A DNA stretch of 58,101 bases. It comes from an uncultured delta proteobacterium. GTDB taxonomy: Bacteria > Desulfobacterota > Binatia > UBA9968. The translations under genes were made by a program, and so were the position numbers. The stretch spans positions 1 through 58,101 of the forward strand of contig CAWDPO010000018.1 in the NCBI GenBank assembly GCA_963804165.1, given 5' to 3'. The notes under the pieces were generated by a model. That model was not told where the DNA came from. It made no database searches and was given only the letters and a program-made list of their open reading frames with translations. Positions 41,163 to 52,422 of the stretch are shown here, piece after piece. Numbering within the stretch: the first letter of the stretch is position 1; every line of letters begins with the position of its first letter.

Positions 41163-42279
41163 AGCAAACTCTCCTAAACATCGATTTCGCATCGATGTTT
41201 ACTTATCCGCTAAGCGCGGATCTATGATTTGATCAGAGGCTAATCCAGCTGGCACACTCACTACAGACCAATCCGCCAAAGTCGGAAATTTTGACGGCTA
41301 CGTCAGAACGGCGCAGATAACATCAGGATTGGATCATCATCAACAACCCCGAGGAACCATAGAACCGGCAAATTTATAACTGCCGTGGCCCACAAAGCTG
41401 CCAGCACGCCGGTGGCTATGATGATCCTGTTGTACATACCTTGAGGCGATCTAGTTATCCCGTCCAGTTCTGCATTCGCAGAAGCCCCATTCGTCAGGCA
41501 GAGAACCGCAAGTGCCACAGGCAAACGCGATCAGATCCTCATAAGTTCTTCGATGCTGTAGAGTCTCGCGGAGCACCGTGGCAACGAGCTGAACCGATCG
41601 ATCACTACTCGGTTTTGGCCATTGTGGCATCTCGCACCTCTTTACGAGCCTGGCGGAGTCGGCATATCCAAGAGACCTAGGCTCATCTGCCAAAGACACC
41701 TAAATGGCAGTGAATATGCCGACTCCATAATTTTTTAATACTGAGTGCCGGGTGCTTTACCAAAGCAAATCCAGTTCCCACCCGGAATTTCAGTGATTTT
41801 TGTTTTTCACGGGCTTTTTCTATCTGCCAATTCCCGATAATCGAAGGATAAGCCTGTAGTAAAAACACTGACATCCATAGGTGCCAGATAAGCTGCGGCG
41901 AAAGAGAACACGACATTGACGATGCGACCGAGCGCATCGCGCATTCACATTCAAACTTTTTCATATTGCAATATTCGAAAGCACTCGCTTTTTTCAGGTC
42001 GCCGCTCGCTTCCTAAAATGTAGTAGTGACGCCTCGCCTCTATCTTTTTGCAGGAAATTGCCGAATGATCGATTAGGATTTCGCTTTGCGTAATAGAGCT
42101 CTCGCCTCAAGCTGCACATTTTTGGCCTACCTCTGCGTCGGGACAAATATCTTTGGTTTTCGCGGCCTCTCACACGCTTTTTCGAAACCTTAAGCGTCTG
42201 GCACATCATATGCTCTGCGCTAACTCTGTGCTTGTGGTTTCGGCGCAGTTGGTAGTTGATAGTAGGCCGGTTTTTTTCC

Positions 42280-42579
42280 ATGAAACTCCGCGATCACCGG
42301 TCAATGAGCTACTATGGACAGCGCAGCTGGCCACCGTTATGGACGCGCATTTCTGGAGCGAGCGCTACACCACTAACCGGTGAATTCGGCATTCTGATAG
42401 ACGCGCGTCTGTCCACGGTTGATGATAATCGCTGTTTTCTCTCCATGGACTATGGCGTAACGAGATATGTAACGTGTCTGTGGCTTGACGATAGCGCATT
42501 TTGCCGCGGTCTCGTTGATCTCTTGAAAAAACATTCTGGCGAGCCGATCAGTCAAATCGCCGAGCTAGATGTTCCGTAA
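42280..42579 (+). CDS. Small hypothetical protein
   Basis: MKLRDH..M...G..SWPP.W...IAELD pattern, 99 aa. Confidence 0.6.
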   Translation: MKLRDHRSMSYYGQRSWPPLWTRISGASATPLTGEFGILIDARLSTVDDNRCFLSMDYGVTRYVTCLWLDDSAFCRGLVDLLKKHSGEPISQIAELDVP

Positions 42580-42667
42580 AATTTCTTAAAGTAGCGGTCG
42601 TCTTTAATGGCAAAGTGCAACGCATTGCAGCTCTTTAGACTGCACAAAGCCGAGTTAGCCATGAAGT

Positions 42668-42835
42668 TCACAGTATACGCCGGGCGATGATCACCACCAC
42701 ATAGGCCGCGGCGAAAGAGAAAACCACATTGACGAACCGACCCAGCGGACCGAGCAGGCGGGCAAGAAAGAACGTGACCAACCAAGCGACTATCAGGTAG
42801 AGCGTGAATTTGAGCCAGTACGGCATCGCCCGCAT
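42668..42835 (-). CDS. 55-aa two-TM membrane microprotein (not in ORF track)
   Basis: MRAMPYWLKFTLYLIVAWLVTFFLARLLGPLGRFVNVVFSFAAAYVVVIIARRIL*; a degenerate paralogous segment LGRIVNVVFSFAAAY lies near 41888-41935. Confidence 0.55.
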   Translation of the reverse strand: MRAMPYWLKFTLYLIVAWLVTFFLARLLGPLGRFVNVVFSFAAAYVVVIIARRIL

Positions 42836-43311
42836 TTATTCTCGACTATTCAGTTTTGCAAGCTATTACCAGAGCCCGACCGATTCTTGATGACTGAGTT
42901 AATAACCGAAGACCGTGTCCCACACATCAATCCGCTTTTTTGAAACTTCCAGGCCGTAGTTTTCGGCTTCCGCCCGCATGGAAAACTCTGTAAGCGTAAA
43001 TATGTGATGACTCATTCCCTACTGTGCGGATCGCCATCGTCCTGGGTATCGTCGTCAGCCATAATCCCATAGACAAATGCCACGACGACTAAAACGAGAA
43101 AGCTAATCAATAGCGCTGCCGCGTAAAAAGTCACGTAAGCTCCGCCAACCGAGAGCTGGGAAAGGTCTGGTACGAGGAGATTCTGTAGCGAAGTTGCGGC
43201 TCCTTTGCTCCAGCGAAAGGACCAATAGAGCATGCACTGTGCCGTCATGCTCCATAAAACTTTGGAGTGATTGTGTCAGTGTCCGGGAGTCGCACACGCG
43301 TAATCGAGCGT

Positions 43312-43392
43312 CAACTTTGCCTGCTAAAACGCAGCCCAAGTGTAATCGGGTTAGAGTGTCGATTTCTCATTGCAAAAAAACGGGAGTGTTGT
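43312..43392 (+). repeat. ~80-bp direct repeat, copy 1
   Basis: Identical 25-bp core TGTAATCGGGTTAGAGTGTCGATTT plus TTGCAAAAAAA.GGGAG, shared with 45749-45829. Confidence 0.75.
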
Positions 43393-43490
43393 TGGGGCGC
43401 TGCGGGATAGGAACACGCGGGCCGAGTAGTTTTCGAAGGTGGGCTATGTTACGATCACTCGCTTTACCAAAGCAACCAGGAGGAAGTAGT

Positions 43491-43760
43491 ATGACACCCA
43501 CTGCATGGGATTTTCGTAACAAACTGACCGTTATTCTGAACACGGCGAAACATAGTGGCAAGCCTTACGTGGATGTAGAATCGGGTAATCTACACAAAGA
43601 GCTGGGAGGTGACTCAAACTCCCATCACAGGCTGCCTATTTTTCATGAAGTCATGACCAAGATGATGCGTCCCGGTGATTCAATTTTAAAGGAAGCTCGC
43701 AACACGGACGGCGCAACGATGCTGGTTCGTTACGTTTTCAATGCCAAGCTGACAACCTGA
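43491..43760 (+). CDS. Small hypothetical protein
   Basis: AGGAGG RBS; 89 aa MTPTAWDFRNKL...GNLHKELGG...MRPGD. Confidence 0.65.
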   Translation: MTPTAWDFRNKLTVILNTAKHSGKPYVDVESGNLHKELGGDSNSHHRLPIFHEVMTKMMRPGDSILKEARNTDGATMLVRYVFNAKLTT

Positions 43761-44272
43761 GAAAACGACCGGCCAGATACAATCCACTCTAAGAGACGTG
43801 GCAGTTCGATACCTCGCTAATATAATTCTCACATCTGTGATTCGCTTCGCTATCGTCGTGTAGCCGGTCGGGAGCAGACGACAACCGTGACTTTGCGGCA
43901 TTGTTGCCGCTGTCGAAGAGGTAGAAGCTGGCAAGTGTCATCCGCGCGGAAAGTGTCCCCAGTGCGAAGACAACTTGGCCGTTATCAAGCGAATCATTTT
44001 ATAATGACCGTCCGCTTCCTTCGTCGTAATCTTGACTTCATTATCGCCTGACGCGTCGGCTCCACGGCTTCGGCTGATTCTGCGGTAACGATCTTTGCGT
44101 TGTCGCGTACAGATTGAGATTCGTCGCAAACTTTCTTGCTCTGCTTCGAGATCAATTTCTGATCCTCATTCATCGCAGGATCCTCCCTGTTCAGGCTTGC
44201 AAAACAAATCCAGAATACCGTCAGACTTTTGATATGCACCCCTCACACATCCCATGTGAGCGGCAATATTCA

Positions 44273-45526
44273 TCACAGTTGCTCCCTGATCGGAAATTCG
44301 AAAAATTCAATGAATCGCTCGACAATACTTCGTGACCGCCACTGTTCGTAAGTTATTTCCTGGGAATGCTTCAAATCCTCTTGGAAGATTTGTTCGAGCC
44401 GATGAGCGAAACCGGTATCGTAGACCGTAAGATTGATTTCCTGGTTTAAGGCGAAAGATCGATTATCGAAGTTCGTACTTCCGATGGTTGACCAGACCCC
44501 GTCGATCACTATCGTCTTAGCGTGCATGAGAGAGACTTTGTACTCGTAAACCTGAATACCACCGAGAAGAAGAGAGCCGTAGTGGCTGCGGCTTGCTGTG
44601 TAAGTGAGATGACTGTCTGACTCGCCTGGTAAAAGTACGCTGACCTTTACACCGCGCTTGGCCGCTTTCACCAGAGCTTCGGTCATCACCTTGTCAGGGA
44701 TGAAGTAGGGATTGGTGATGAGAATCGATTTCTTAGCCGAATTGATCGAGAGCAGGAAGAGCATGTAATTTTGAAAGCTGCCACCGATGGGCGAACTCTT
44801 GACGATTTGTGCTTGCAGATTCCCGGTTGGCTCAAGGCGTGGGAAATAGCCGTCGCCACCGATGGCAATGCCGGTGGTTTCCAGCCAGCTTTCGGCGAAG
44901 GCGGCCTGCAGGAATCTCACCACTGGACCCTCAATTCGTGCGTTCGTATCGCGCCAATGTTCGGGCTTCCGACCATTGCCCGTCCAAGCTTCACTTATTC
45001 CGTACCCACCGGTAAATCCGATTCGACCATCGATCACCAATACGCGCCTGTGATTTCGATAATTGTACCGCAACAATTTCCAGGGAAAGATAATTCCCTC
45101 GGCGTCAACTCGGCGGAAGTATTCCACATGGCAACCCGCGTCCTTCATAATCGCGATGATCTCGGAAGGCACTTTACCCGATCCGTGACTATCTAGAAGA
45201 ATATCTGCCTTGACACCGGCTCGGCAGCGTTCGGAAAAAGCCTGGGCTAGCTCGCGAGCGATAGAACCGTCTTCATAGAGATACTGAGCGAATGTGATCG
45301 TGGATTTCGCTTTTCCAATGTCTCGCAGCATCACCGGAAAAGTCTCATCGCCGTTGAGTAAAACTTCGATCCGATTGCCGCTGATAATCGGCGCGTCAGT
45401 ATGAGCTTCAATGGTAGGAAAAAACGTCGCTTCGCCGAGTGTGATCTCAGGAATTTGCTTTACGGCTAAAACCTGTGTGCAACCCAAACACGCAAGAAGG
45501 GTAAAGAGCCAATATAATCGTTTCAT
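44273..45526 (-). CDS. cls: Phospholipase D family cardiolipin synthase-like protein
   Basis: LLNGDETFP, NHRRVLVIDG..GFTGG, WRDT, NPYFIP, HAKTIVIDG..STIGSTNFD.RSF.LN.E. Confidence 0.88.
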   Translation of the reverse strand: MKRLYWLFTLLACLGCTQVLAVKQIPEITLGEATFFPTIEAHTDAPIISGNRIEVLLNGDETFPVMLRDIGKAKSTITFAQYLYEDGSIARELAQAFSERCRAGVKADILLDSHGSGKVPSEIIAIMKDAGCHVEYFRRVDAEGIIFPWKLLRYNYRNHRRVLVIDGRIGFTGGYGISEAWTGNGRKPEHWRDTNARIEGPVVRFLQAAFAESWLETTGIAIGGDGYFPRLEPTGNLQAQIVKSSPIGGSFQNYMLFLLSINSAKKSILITNPYFIPDKVMTEALVKAAKRGVKVSVLLPGESDSHLTYTASRSHYGSLLLGGIQVYEYKVSLMHAKTIVIDGVWSTIGSTNFDNRSFALNQEINLTVYDTGFAHRLEQIFQEDLKHSQEITYEQWRSRSIVERFIEFFEFPIREQL

Positions 45527-45748
45527 CGGTTTGAAATCGGTTATGACGGTCGAGACTTCGCGACCATAGCGTTCTCCTAGTGACTTGGAGCCGGGGCAGG
45601 AATCAAGGTGTGGTATCCGGTTGCGGTTCCCTGCCCCGGCGACTGCAACCTTGAGCAAGGGCCGTACCCTAATTTTTGAACAGACGGTTGGTAATTTATA
45701 AAGGAATAAGATCCACCTGTGGGAATTTGATGCTCTTTGGCTGAGCGG

Positions 45749-45829
45749 CAACTTCGCCTGTTAAAGAGCAACGCCGATGTAATCGGGTTAGAGTGTCGAT
45801 TTATCTTTGCAAAAAAAGGGGAGCGTTGT
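45749..45829 (+). repeat. ~80-bp direct repeat, copy 2
   Basis: See 43312-43392. Confidence 0.75.
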
Positions 45830-46433
45830 CATGTTGAGGCGGGTCGATTGTTACTGCTGTTGGCTTGGTCGAAAGTGTTCTCCTTTTGTCGTTTGGATTT
45901 GATGGTCTTGAGCGGCGAGGATTTTTCACAACATGACAAAATTCCCCTCATTCGAAGAATCGTTAACATTGGTACAGGCCTTGCTCCAAGCTTTGGCTTA
46001 TCGATTCATGTTCTGAAAAAGTGGACAGTAGGGAGAGCGAAAATGAAGTCCATCGATGTAAATCTACATAAACCCAGTTACTGGCAGGTGGTATTTTTGC
46101 AGAGCAAAGTAAACGGCGCGACTTACAACGGTGAAGCTCTTCCACGGCGAAGGTGGGATTGGCCGAAAAAATACGTACCTGCAGCGCCGCTTGCGACCGG
46201 ATACGTATCTAGGTGCAGAAGCCTCAAAATTCAATTAACAACCAGCATCTCGCACGCCATTCACGGACGGATGAAGCAGGTTGGACGCTGGCATTGCCAG
46301 TAGAAAAGGCTAAGCCACGAATTCGTTACACGATTAAGCATCGGAAAGGCCGCGAAACAGATCGATTAGAGAACGAGGATATTGGAATGATTTGGGCGCG
46401 GCACTATCCTAAACGGACTGAGAGCGCATCGTC

Positions 46434-46490
46434 GAATTCTCCTACGACTAAATCTTGTGAGATTCGACTGACGCGTCGTTTAGTTCAATC
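46434..46490 (+). repeat. Repeated recombination-site-like element, copy A (outer left arm missing)
   Basis: GAATTCTCCTACGAC...GTGAGATTCGACTGACGCGTCGTTTAGTTCAATC. Confidence 0.75.
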
Positions 46491-46597
46491 TCAGGCTAAA
46501 TCGGTCTTCGCGTTCGCCGAATCCCTATCGCCTTCCTTCCTAAATCTCAGTTTCCTCTATTACCGTTTCCCGTGATACATAACGAATGATGTGTGCA

Positions 46598-47596
46598 ATG
46601 AGGAAAGCTGCCGTCTTATCGATCCTGTTTGTAGTGGTGCTGCTTGCTGTTGCAGTCATAGCCGACGCGCAGCAGCCGAAGAAAGTTCCTCGGATAGGGT
46701 ATCTAGTGTCGGGCGATGCAGCTACTGAGTCCACTCGTGCCGAGGGAATTCGGCTGGGTCTGCGCGAGCTTGGCTACATCGAAGGCCAGAACATCGCTAT
46801 TGAGTACCGATATGCGGAGGGAAAAAACGATCGGCATCCTAAGCTTGCGGCCGAGCTAGTGCGTCTCAAGGTCGATCTCATCGTGGTAGCAGGAGGGGTC
46901 GGGACGATCCGGGTGCTCATGAATGCGACCAAGACGATTCCCATCGTTATGGCGGGCGAAGGGGTCGATCCTGTCAAGGCAGGCCTAATTGAAAGCCTTG
47001 CCCGTCCCGGCGGCAACGTCACCGGCCCTACAACCCTTTCCAGAGAACTAGGCGGAAAGCGGCTGGAGCTGCTCAAAGAAGCCGTTCCCAAACTTGCCCA
47101 TGTCGCGGTTCTCTACGATCCAACGAGTCAGGCCGGTGTACTCCAGGTGAAAGAGGTTCTTCCAGTCGCGGCGCGCGCGCTGAAGTTGACTCTTCGGTCT
47201 TGGGAGGTACGAGATGCAGACGGTTTCGACAAGGTATTCGCCGCGCTGAGTAAGCAGCGCCCGGATGGCCTCTATGTGCCCGCCTCGGGCCCGCTAATGC
47301 GTGCTAACCAGAAACGGATCGTCGCCTTTGCGTTAAAGAGCCGGCTACCGTCGATATATTCCTACAGAGAATCTGTAGATGCCGGCGGGCTTATGTATTA
47401 CGGCGCGGACTTCGCGAACAGCTACCGGCGTGTAGCCGTCTACGTGGACAAGATCCTCAAGGGAGCCAAGCCTGCCGATCTGCCGGTGGAACAGCCGACG
47501 AAGTTCGAGTTGGTGATCAATCTGAAGACGGCGAAGCAGATCGGCGTGACCATTCCGCCGAATGTGCTGGCGAGAGCGGATAAAGTGATTAAATAA
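46598..47596 (+). CDS. ABC substrate-binding protein, PF04392 type (paralog 3)
   Basis: Intact; same family motifs. Confidence 0.92.
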   Translation: MRKAAVLSILFVVVLLAVAVIADAQQPKKVPRIGYLVSGDAATESTRAEGIRLGLRELGYIEGQNIAIEYRYAEGKNDRHPKLAAELVRLKVDLIVVAGGVGTIRVLMNATKTIPIVMAGEGVDPVKAGLIESLARPGGNVTGPTTLSRELGGKRLELLKEAVPKLAHVAVLYDPTSQAGVLQVKEVLPVAARALKLTLRSWEVRDADGFDKVFAALSKQRPDGLYVPASGPLMRANQKRIVAFALKSRLPSIYSYRESVDAGGLMYYGADFANSYRRVAVYVDKILKGAKPADLPVEQPTKFELVINLKTAKQIGVTIPPNVLARADKVIK

Positions 47597-47613
47597 ACAT
47601 GCGACGATGCCAT

Positions 47614-47653
47614 GATTGAACTGAATTCTCCAACAATCCAATAGTGCGTGAGA
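47614..47653 (+). repeat. Repeated site, copy B (left part only)
   Basis: GATTGAACTGAATTCTCCAACAATCC...GTGAGA, 17 bp after the SBP stop. Confidence 0.7.
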
Positions 47654-47752
47654 CCGCATCGAAAAGGTGCAAGCACATCATGAAGGTAGGCCCATCCCGG
47701 TGCCTACCCTTATCTGCCAGTGCCACGGCTTGTCTCGACGTTCGATCGGCGA

Positions 47753-48630
47753 CTAGGGGCCGCAGATTGCCGGGAAGGGAGTCGGTGGAAACTCGCCCGG
47801 AAATGCCGCCGGGAGACTTTCACCGATGAACTCGACTTTGACCGTCTTACCTTTCAGCTCTTCGATCAAAACGAGGCCGGCCGAGTTCCCCTGTGCATCG
47901 AAGCAGTAGAACTTGTGCTCTATCTCCCCAGGTGCAAGTGGCGTCCACTCTTTAGTCTTCAGGCACCGATTGAATTCGCCGATTGCGATCGACACCGAAG
48001 CGTTCACCCTCAGTACCGCAGCCATGTCCTCGGCGACATCTTCGGCGAGCTCTTGCCGGTATCGGAGCCCGGGGCGCGGACGGGCTAGCATGATGATCCC
48101 AGGTTCCGCCGCGGGCGTAGGAGCCCCTCCGGCCAGCCAGGAACCTCGCTGCTGCACTCCAAGGTTTCGGGGTCCAGTGCCCGGGTCGCTTCGCCGAAAT
48201 ACCAGATGTTGCCGAAGATGTCCTGCGCGTAATAGTCCTCGGTATCTTCCGTCAGTGTTGCCGTGGCCAAATTACAGGACCCGTCATCACTCACCTCGGT
48301 GACCCACTCCTGGTCCCGCACCACCCGAGTCTGCACCCCTAGCACTAACTTGGTGTTCGTAGTGACCGTCACCTTGTTAAAGCTGCACTCGTCCTCGGTT
48401 TGCGCGAAGTAGACGAAGGTGGCGCCGACTGGAAGCGGCCAGAATGGGTTGTTGATCACGGGAGAGAGTGGAAAATTTCCCGCGTCGAAGGGAAGCTTCA
48501 CCAATCGGCCACTCGCGGTGCCTGGAGCTAGAGCCACGACAGCAAAGCTCAGCAACATTAGCATTATTGGCACAAGCCCGATGAGGTTAGTCCGTGTTTT
48601 CTCTTGATTACGTGGTGACAAAAAATACAT
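47753..48630 (-). CDS. Secreted hypothetical protein (frameshift near 48140)
   Basis: Signal peptide; INNPFWPL, DYYAQD..GNIWYFGE, then SWLAG..AEPGIIM...YRQE...AED, EWTPL.PG..EHKFY. Confidence 0.75.
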
Positions 48631-48882
48631 GGCTTTATCTCCTTCCCTGTTACGTTAAACGAAACACTACGAACGCTTATTCTGTTGAAAGCATGACGTT
48701 TGATCCTAGTGAACCTCCTGGTTCGTTGCAATGACGAAGATTACGGGAAGATGACCTGAAGATTACAAATCGGTAAGCTTGGGAAGGCTTGAACGAGGGG
48801 ACTTACACAAGAGAGTAGCTCAAGCGCCTGTCAAGATGGCCGCCTGTTGTCATCCGCGTTTTGGTAGCAATCACGAGGTTAC

Positions 48883-48950
48883 GATTGAACTGATTTCTCC
48901 TACGATACAATTCTGCAGGAGATCGAACTGACGCGTCGTTCAGTTCAATC
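48883..48950 (+). repeat. Repeated site, copy C (complete, 68 bp)
   Basis: GATTGAACTGA...GATCGAACTGA-CGCGTCGT-TCAGTTCAATC. Confidence 0.8.
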
Positions 48951-49065
48951 CTGAGCTGAATTTAGCCTCTTTTTCCTCGACAAATCCGGTTTTCCTTCCG
49001 TCCGTAAATATTACTTTTCTCAGCTTCCATGTTCGTGATAAGTCTGCTCACGAACGAGGCGAGCA

Positions 49066-50049
49066 ATGAACAAAGCTGGTTGGTCATCGATCTTGGTTGC
49101 AACGTCAGTGCTTTTTTTTGGCGTCGCTGCCGAGGCGCAGCAGCCGGGGAAAGTCCCCCGGATTGGATACCTAACTGCTGCCTCCCCTTCCACTAACGCC
49201 GCCCGCACCGAGGCCTTCCGGCAGGGCCTGCGCGAGCTTGGGTACGTAGAGGGGAAAAACATTGTGATTGAGTGGCGATATGCAGAGGGAAAGTTTGATC
49301 GGCTGCCCGCGCTCGCAACTGAACTAGTGCGTCTCAAGGTTGACGTCATCGTCTCGGGTGGTCCGCAATCAACGCGACCCACCAAGGAAGCAACTTCTAC
49401 GATTCCCATCGTTATGGCGCAGGATACCGATCCTGTCGGCAATGGGTTCGTGGCCAGCCTGGCCGGCCGGGTAGTAACATCACGGGATTGTCCAACCTCT
49501 CCTCAGAGTTAAGCGGGAAACGACTGGAGCTTCTGAAGGAGACTGTTCCTAGACTCTCCCGCGTGGCTGTCCTCGGGAATTTGACCGAACCAGGCAACGA
49601 ACAAGTGTTACGAGAAATGGAACTGCCACTGAAGCGTTCAAGGTGCAGCTTCAATCCCTAGACATATAGGTCGCAAGAAATTGAGAGCGCATTACCGAGC
49701 CGCGAGCAAAGGACGTGCTGACGCAGTCCTCGTCGTCCTGAGTCCAATCCTAAATTCCTCATCGAACACAGGTTGTAGACCTCGCGTTAAAGAATCAATC
49801 GCCCGCCATTTATGCCACACGAATTTGTCGAAAACGGAAGGACTTATGAGCTACGGCCCGAATTTTAGCGACTTGTACCGGCGCGCTGCTACGTACGTGG
49901 ACAAGATTTTGAAAGGTGCCAAGCCCGCAGATCTTCCGGTCGAGCAGCCGAAGAAGTTCGAATTTGTCGTCAATTTAAAAACAGCGAAGCAGATCGGTCT
50001 CACGATTCCGCCGAATGTTTTGGCGCGGGCGGACAAGGTGATCAAATGA
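49066..50049 (+). pseudogene. ABC substrate-binding protein, PF04392 type (paralog 4, multiple frameshifts)
   Basis: Family motifs at both ends; several indels between 49460 and 49840. Confidence 0.85.
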
Positions 50050-50062
50050 TCGGCGATGCTAA

Positions 50063-50128
50063 GATTGAATTGAATTCTCCGACGACTCGATCCTGTGAGA
50101 TTTGTCCGTTGCGTTGTTCAGTTCAATC
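50063..50128 (+). repeat. Repeated site, copy D (66 bp)
   Basis: GATTGAATTGAATTCTCCGACGAC...GTGAGA...GCGTTGTTCAGTTCAATC, 13 bp after the SBP stop. Confidence 0.8.
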
Positions 50129-50321
50129 CCACAAAGGAATAATGAACTTCTTTCCTTTTTTCATGTACAAAAGCCACATCTTAAGCCGCCTGGAGCAGAG
50201 GTCAAAACTATCCGCGTAGTGCTGTAATCCCTTTTCAAGGCTATAGTTTTTCTGAAGGCTGTCCAATATTAGACAGCAATCCGTCACCCGTCCATTTATC
50301 GTCAGGCCCAAAGGAGTTCAT

Positions 50322-51889
50322 ATGAAAAACAGATCCGTGTTCTTTGCTTGTTTGATCGTTCTCGCGCTAACGCTGCCCTCTCTAGCGCAGGAAGATAAGC
50401 TCGGCAAGGTGAGCTTCCCGACCTCTTGCGATCCCAAGGTGCAGGCCCAGTTCGAGCGCGGCGTGGCCATGCTGCACTCTTTTTGGTACAACGCGGGCGA
50501 AAAGATCTTTAGCGACGTGCTGGCGCAGGACCCGTCGTGCGCCATCGCGACGTGGGGTATCGCAGACGCTTTTAATGTCCAATCCACTCGGCGACCGGTT
50601 CTTCGCCCTAGGGTGCGGCGCAGGCACAAGCAGCGATTGACCAGGGCCGCAAAATTGGTGCTAAGACCCAGCGCGAGCGCGACTACATCGAAGCGGTCGC
50701 CGCCTACTACGAGGATTGGACCAATCGCTATGAAAGCGACCGCCAAAAAGTCCCGGGCCAAGGCCTATGAGGCACTTGCCGCCCGTTACCCAGATGACGA
50801 CGAGCACAAATCTTTTACGCGCTTTATCTAGCCGGCACTCAGTCACAGGCTGAGCAGACTTTTGCAACCTATCTAAAGTCCGCCGCAATCTTGGAAAAAC
50901 AATTCACTAAATACCCTGACCACCCAGGCGTGGCGCACTATTTGATCCATAGCTACGACGCTCCGCCCATCGCGCAAAAAGGTCTGCCGGCAGCTCGACG
51001 TTACGCCAGTATTCACCCGCGGCGCCGCACGCCCTGCAATGCCGTCGCACATATTTACCCGGGTCGGGGCGTGGGCGGATTCGGCGGCGACCAACCGGCG
51101 CTCGGCGGAGGCCGCCAAGAAGGGCAACGATAAGGACGAGCAAATGCATGCCCTGGACTATATGGCCTATGCGTACCTGCAGCTCGCACGCGACAATGAC
51201 GCGCGCCTCGTTATGGAGGAAGCTGCCCAGGTATCCGGCTTCAATTCTTTCCCCCGGGGCCTGACGTGTTCGCGGCGATTCCTGCGCGCTATGCGATTGA
51301 GCGCGGCGACTGGAGTGGAGCGATGAAGCTGCAGCCAATCGCCAACGATCTCCATTACACCAAGCGTTGACCCGCTTTGCCCGCGCTTTGGTGCGGCTCG
51401 TAGTGGCGACTTGTGTCAGCCGAAACGGAAGTCGGACATCTTGCCCGGCTGCGGGACGCCTTAAAAGCCAGCGAAAAACGCATACTGGGTGACTGAAGTG
51501 GAGATAAGCCGGCTCGCGGCCAGTGCTTGGACAGCTCTCGCATTGGGAAAAAAGATGAGGCCGTCAAACTTATGCGCAGCGCGGCGGACATGGAAGACAA
51601 GAACGAAAAACATATCGTGACCCCGGGACGGATCGTTCCGCTGCGAGAGCTATTGGGGCAAATGCTGCTGGAACTCAAGCGGCCTGCCGAGGCGCTCAAA
51701 GAGTTCGAGGCGTCGCAGATCCGCGAGCCAAACCGTTTTCGTGGATTTGCCGGTGCCGCGCAGGCGGCGGCGCAAAGCGGAAACTCCGCCAAGGCCAAGC
51801 AGCACTATATCCGGCTCGTTGAACTGGTCGGCAAAGGCGGGCCGCGACCGGAACTCGCGCAGGCAAAGACATTCCTAGCACAGCGATGA
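50322..51889 (+). pseudogene. Secreted TPR-like helical protein, multiple frameshifts
   Basis: LGKVSFPTSC, LHSFWY, PDHPGVAHYLIHSYD, MPSHIFTR.G.W, HALDYM.YAYLQ, RELLG, PNRF spread over several ORF pieces. Confidence 0.8.
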
Positions 51890-51930
51890 GTCGCACTACC
51901 TGAGCGTGCGAGCTTGGGAAATGGAGTCGA

Positions 51931-52422
51931 ATGTTTTCGCGGCGGCGAGTGATTGTCACGCTTGCCGCCGCATTCGGGCTTGGCACGGGCTCGCCGTGCT
52001 TTTCGGACCCGGCGGAAACTACTCCTGAAGTTTCGGCGCAGGACCCTGATTACGTTACCGGCAGGAAAGCCCTTGAGGCAAAAAACTGGCCCTCCGCTAT
52101 TAGGTCATTTTCGTCGGCCGAAGAGCGCAACCCCCGAAACGCTGACATCCAGAATTACCTCGGATACTCTTACCGCAAATCAGGAAAGCTCGATCTCGCA
52201 TTCAAGCACTATAATCAAGCTCTCGCGCTAAATCCTCGGCACCGGGGTGCGCATGAATATATCGGGGAGGCTTACCTCATCAAAGGTGACCTAAAGAGCG
52301 CGCAGAAACACCTCGGTTCGCTGCGCGAGATCTGTTCGCTGCCGTGCGAAGAACTCACGAATCTTGAGCGCGAGATCGCGAAGCACATCAAGAAACCAGC
52401 CGCGAGCCGTTCACGCCGATAA
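51931..52422 (+). CDS. Secreted tetratricopeptide repeat protein
   Basis: NADIQNYLGYSYRK, ALALNPRHRGAHEYIGEAYL, C-x3-CEE. Confidence 0.85.
   Translation: MFSRRRVIVTLAAAFGLGTGSPCFSDPAETTPEVSAQDPDYVTGRKALEAKNWPSAIRSFSSAEERNPRNADIQNYLGYSYRKSGKLDLAFKHYNQALALNPRHRGAHEYIGEAYLIKGDLKSAQKHLGSLREICSLPCEELTNLEREIAKHIKKPAASRSRR

Noticed and set aside
45737-46575. ORFs 45737..46303 and 46213..46575 as genes
   Set aside because: They run through non-coding repeats, lack clear RBSs and show no recognisable protein features.
46434-50128. CRISPR array or canonical integron
   Set aside because: The repeats are >1 kb apart with no cas genes. The recombinase lacks the IntI insertion, and the inner pairing of the sites is asymmetric, unlike standard attC.
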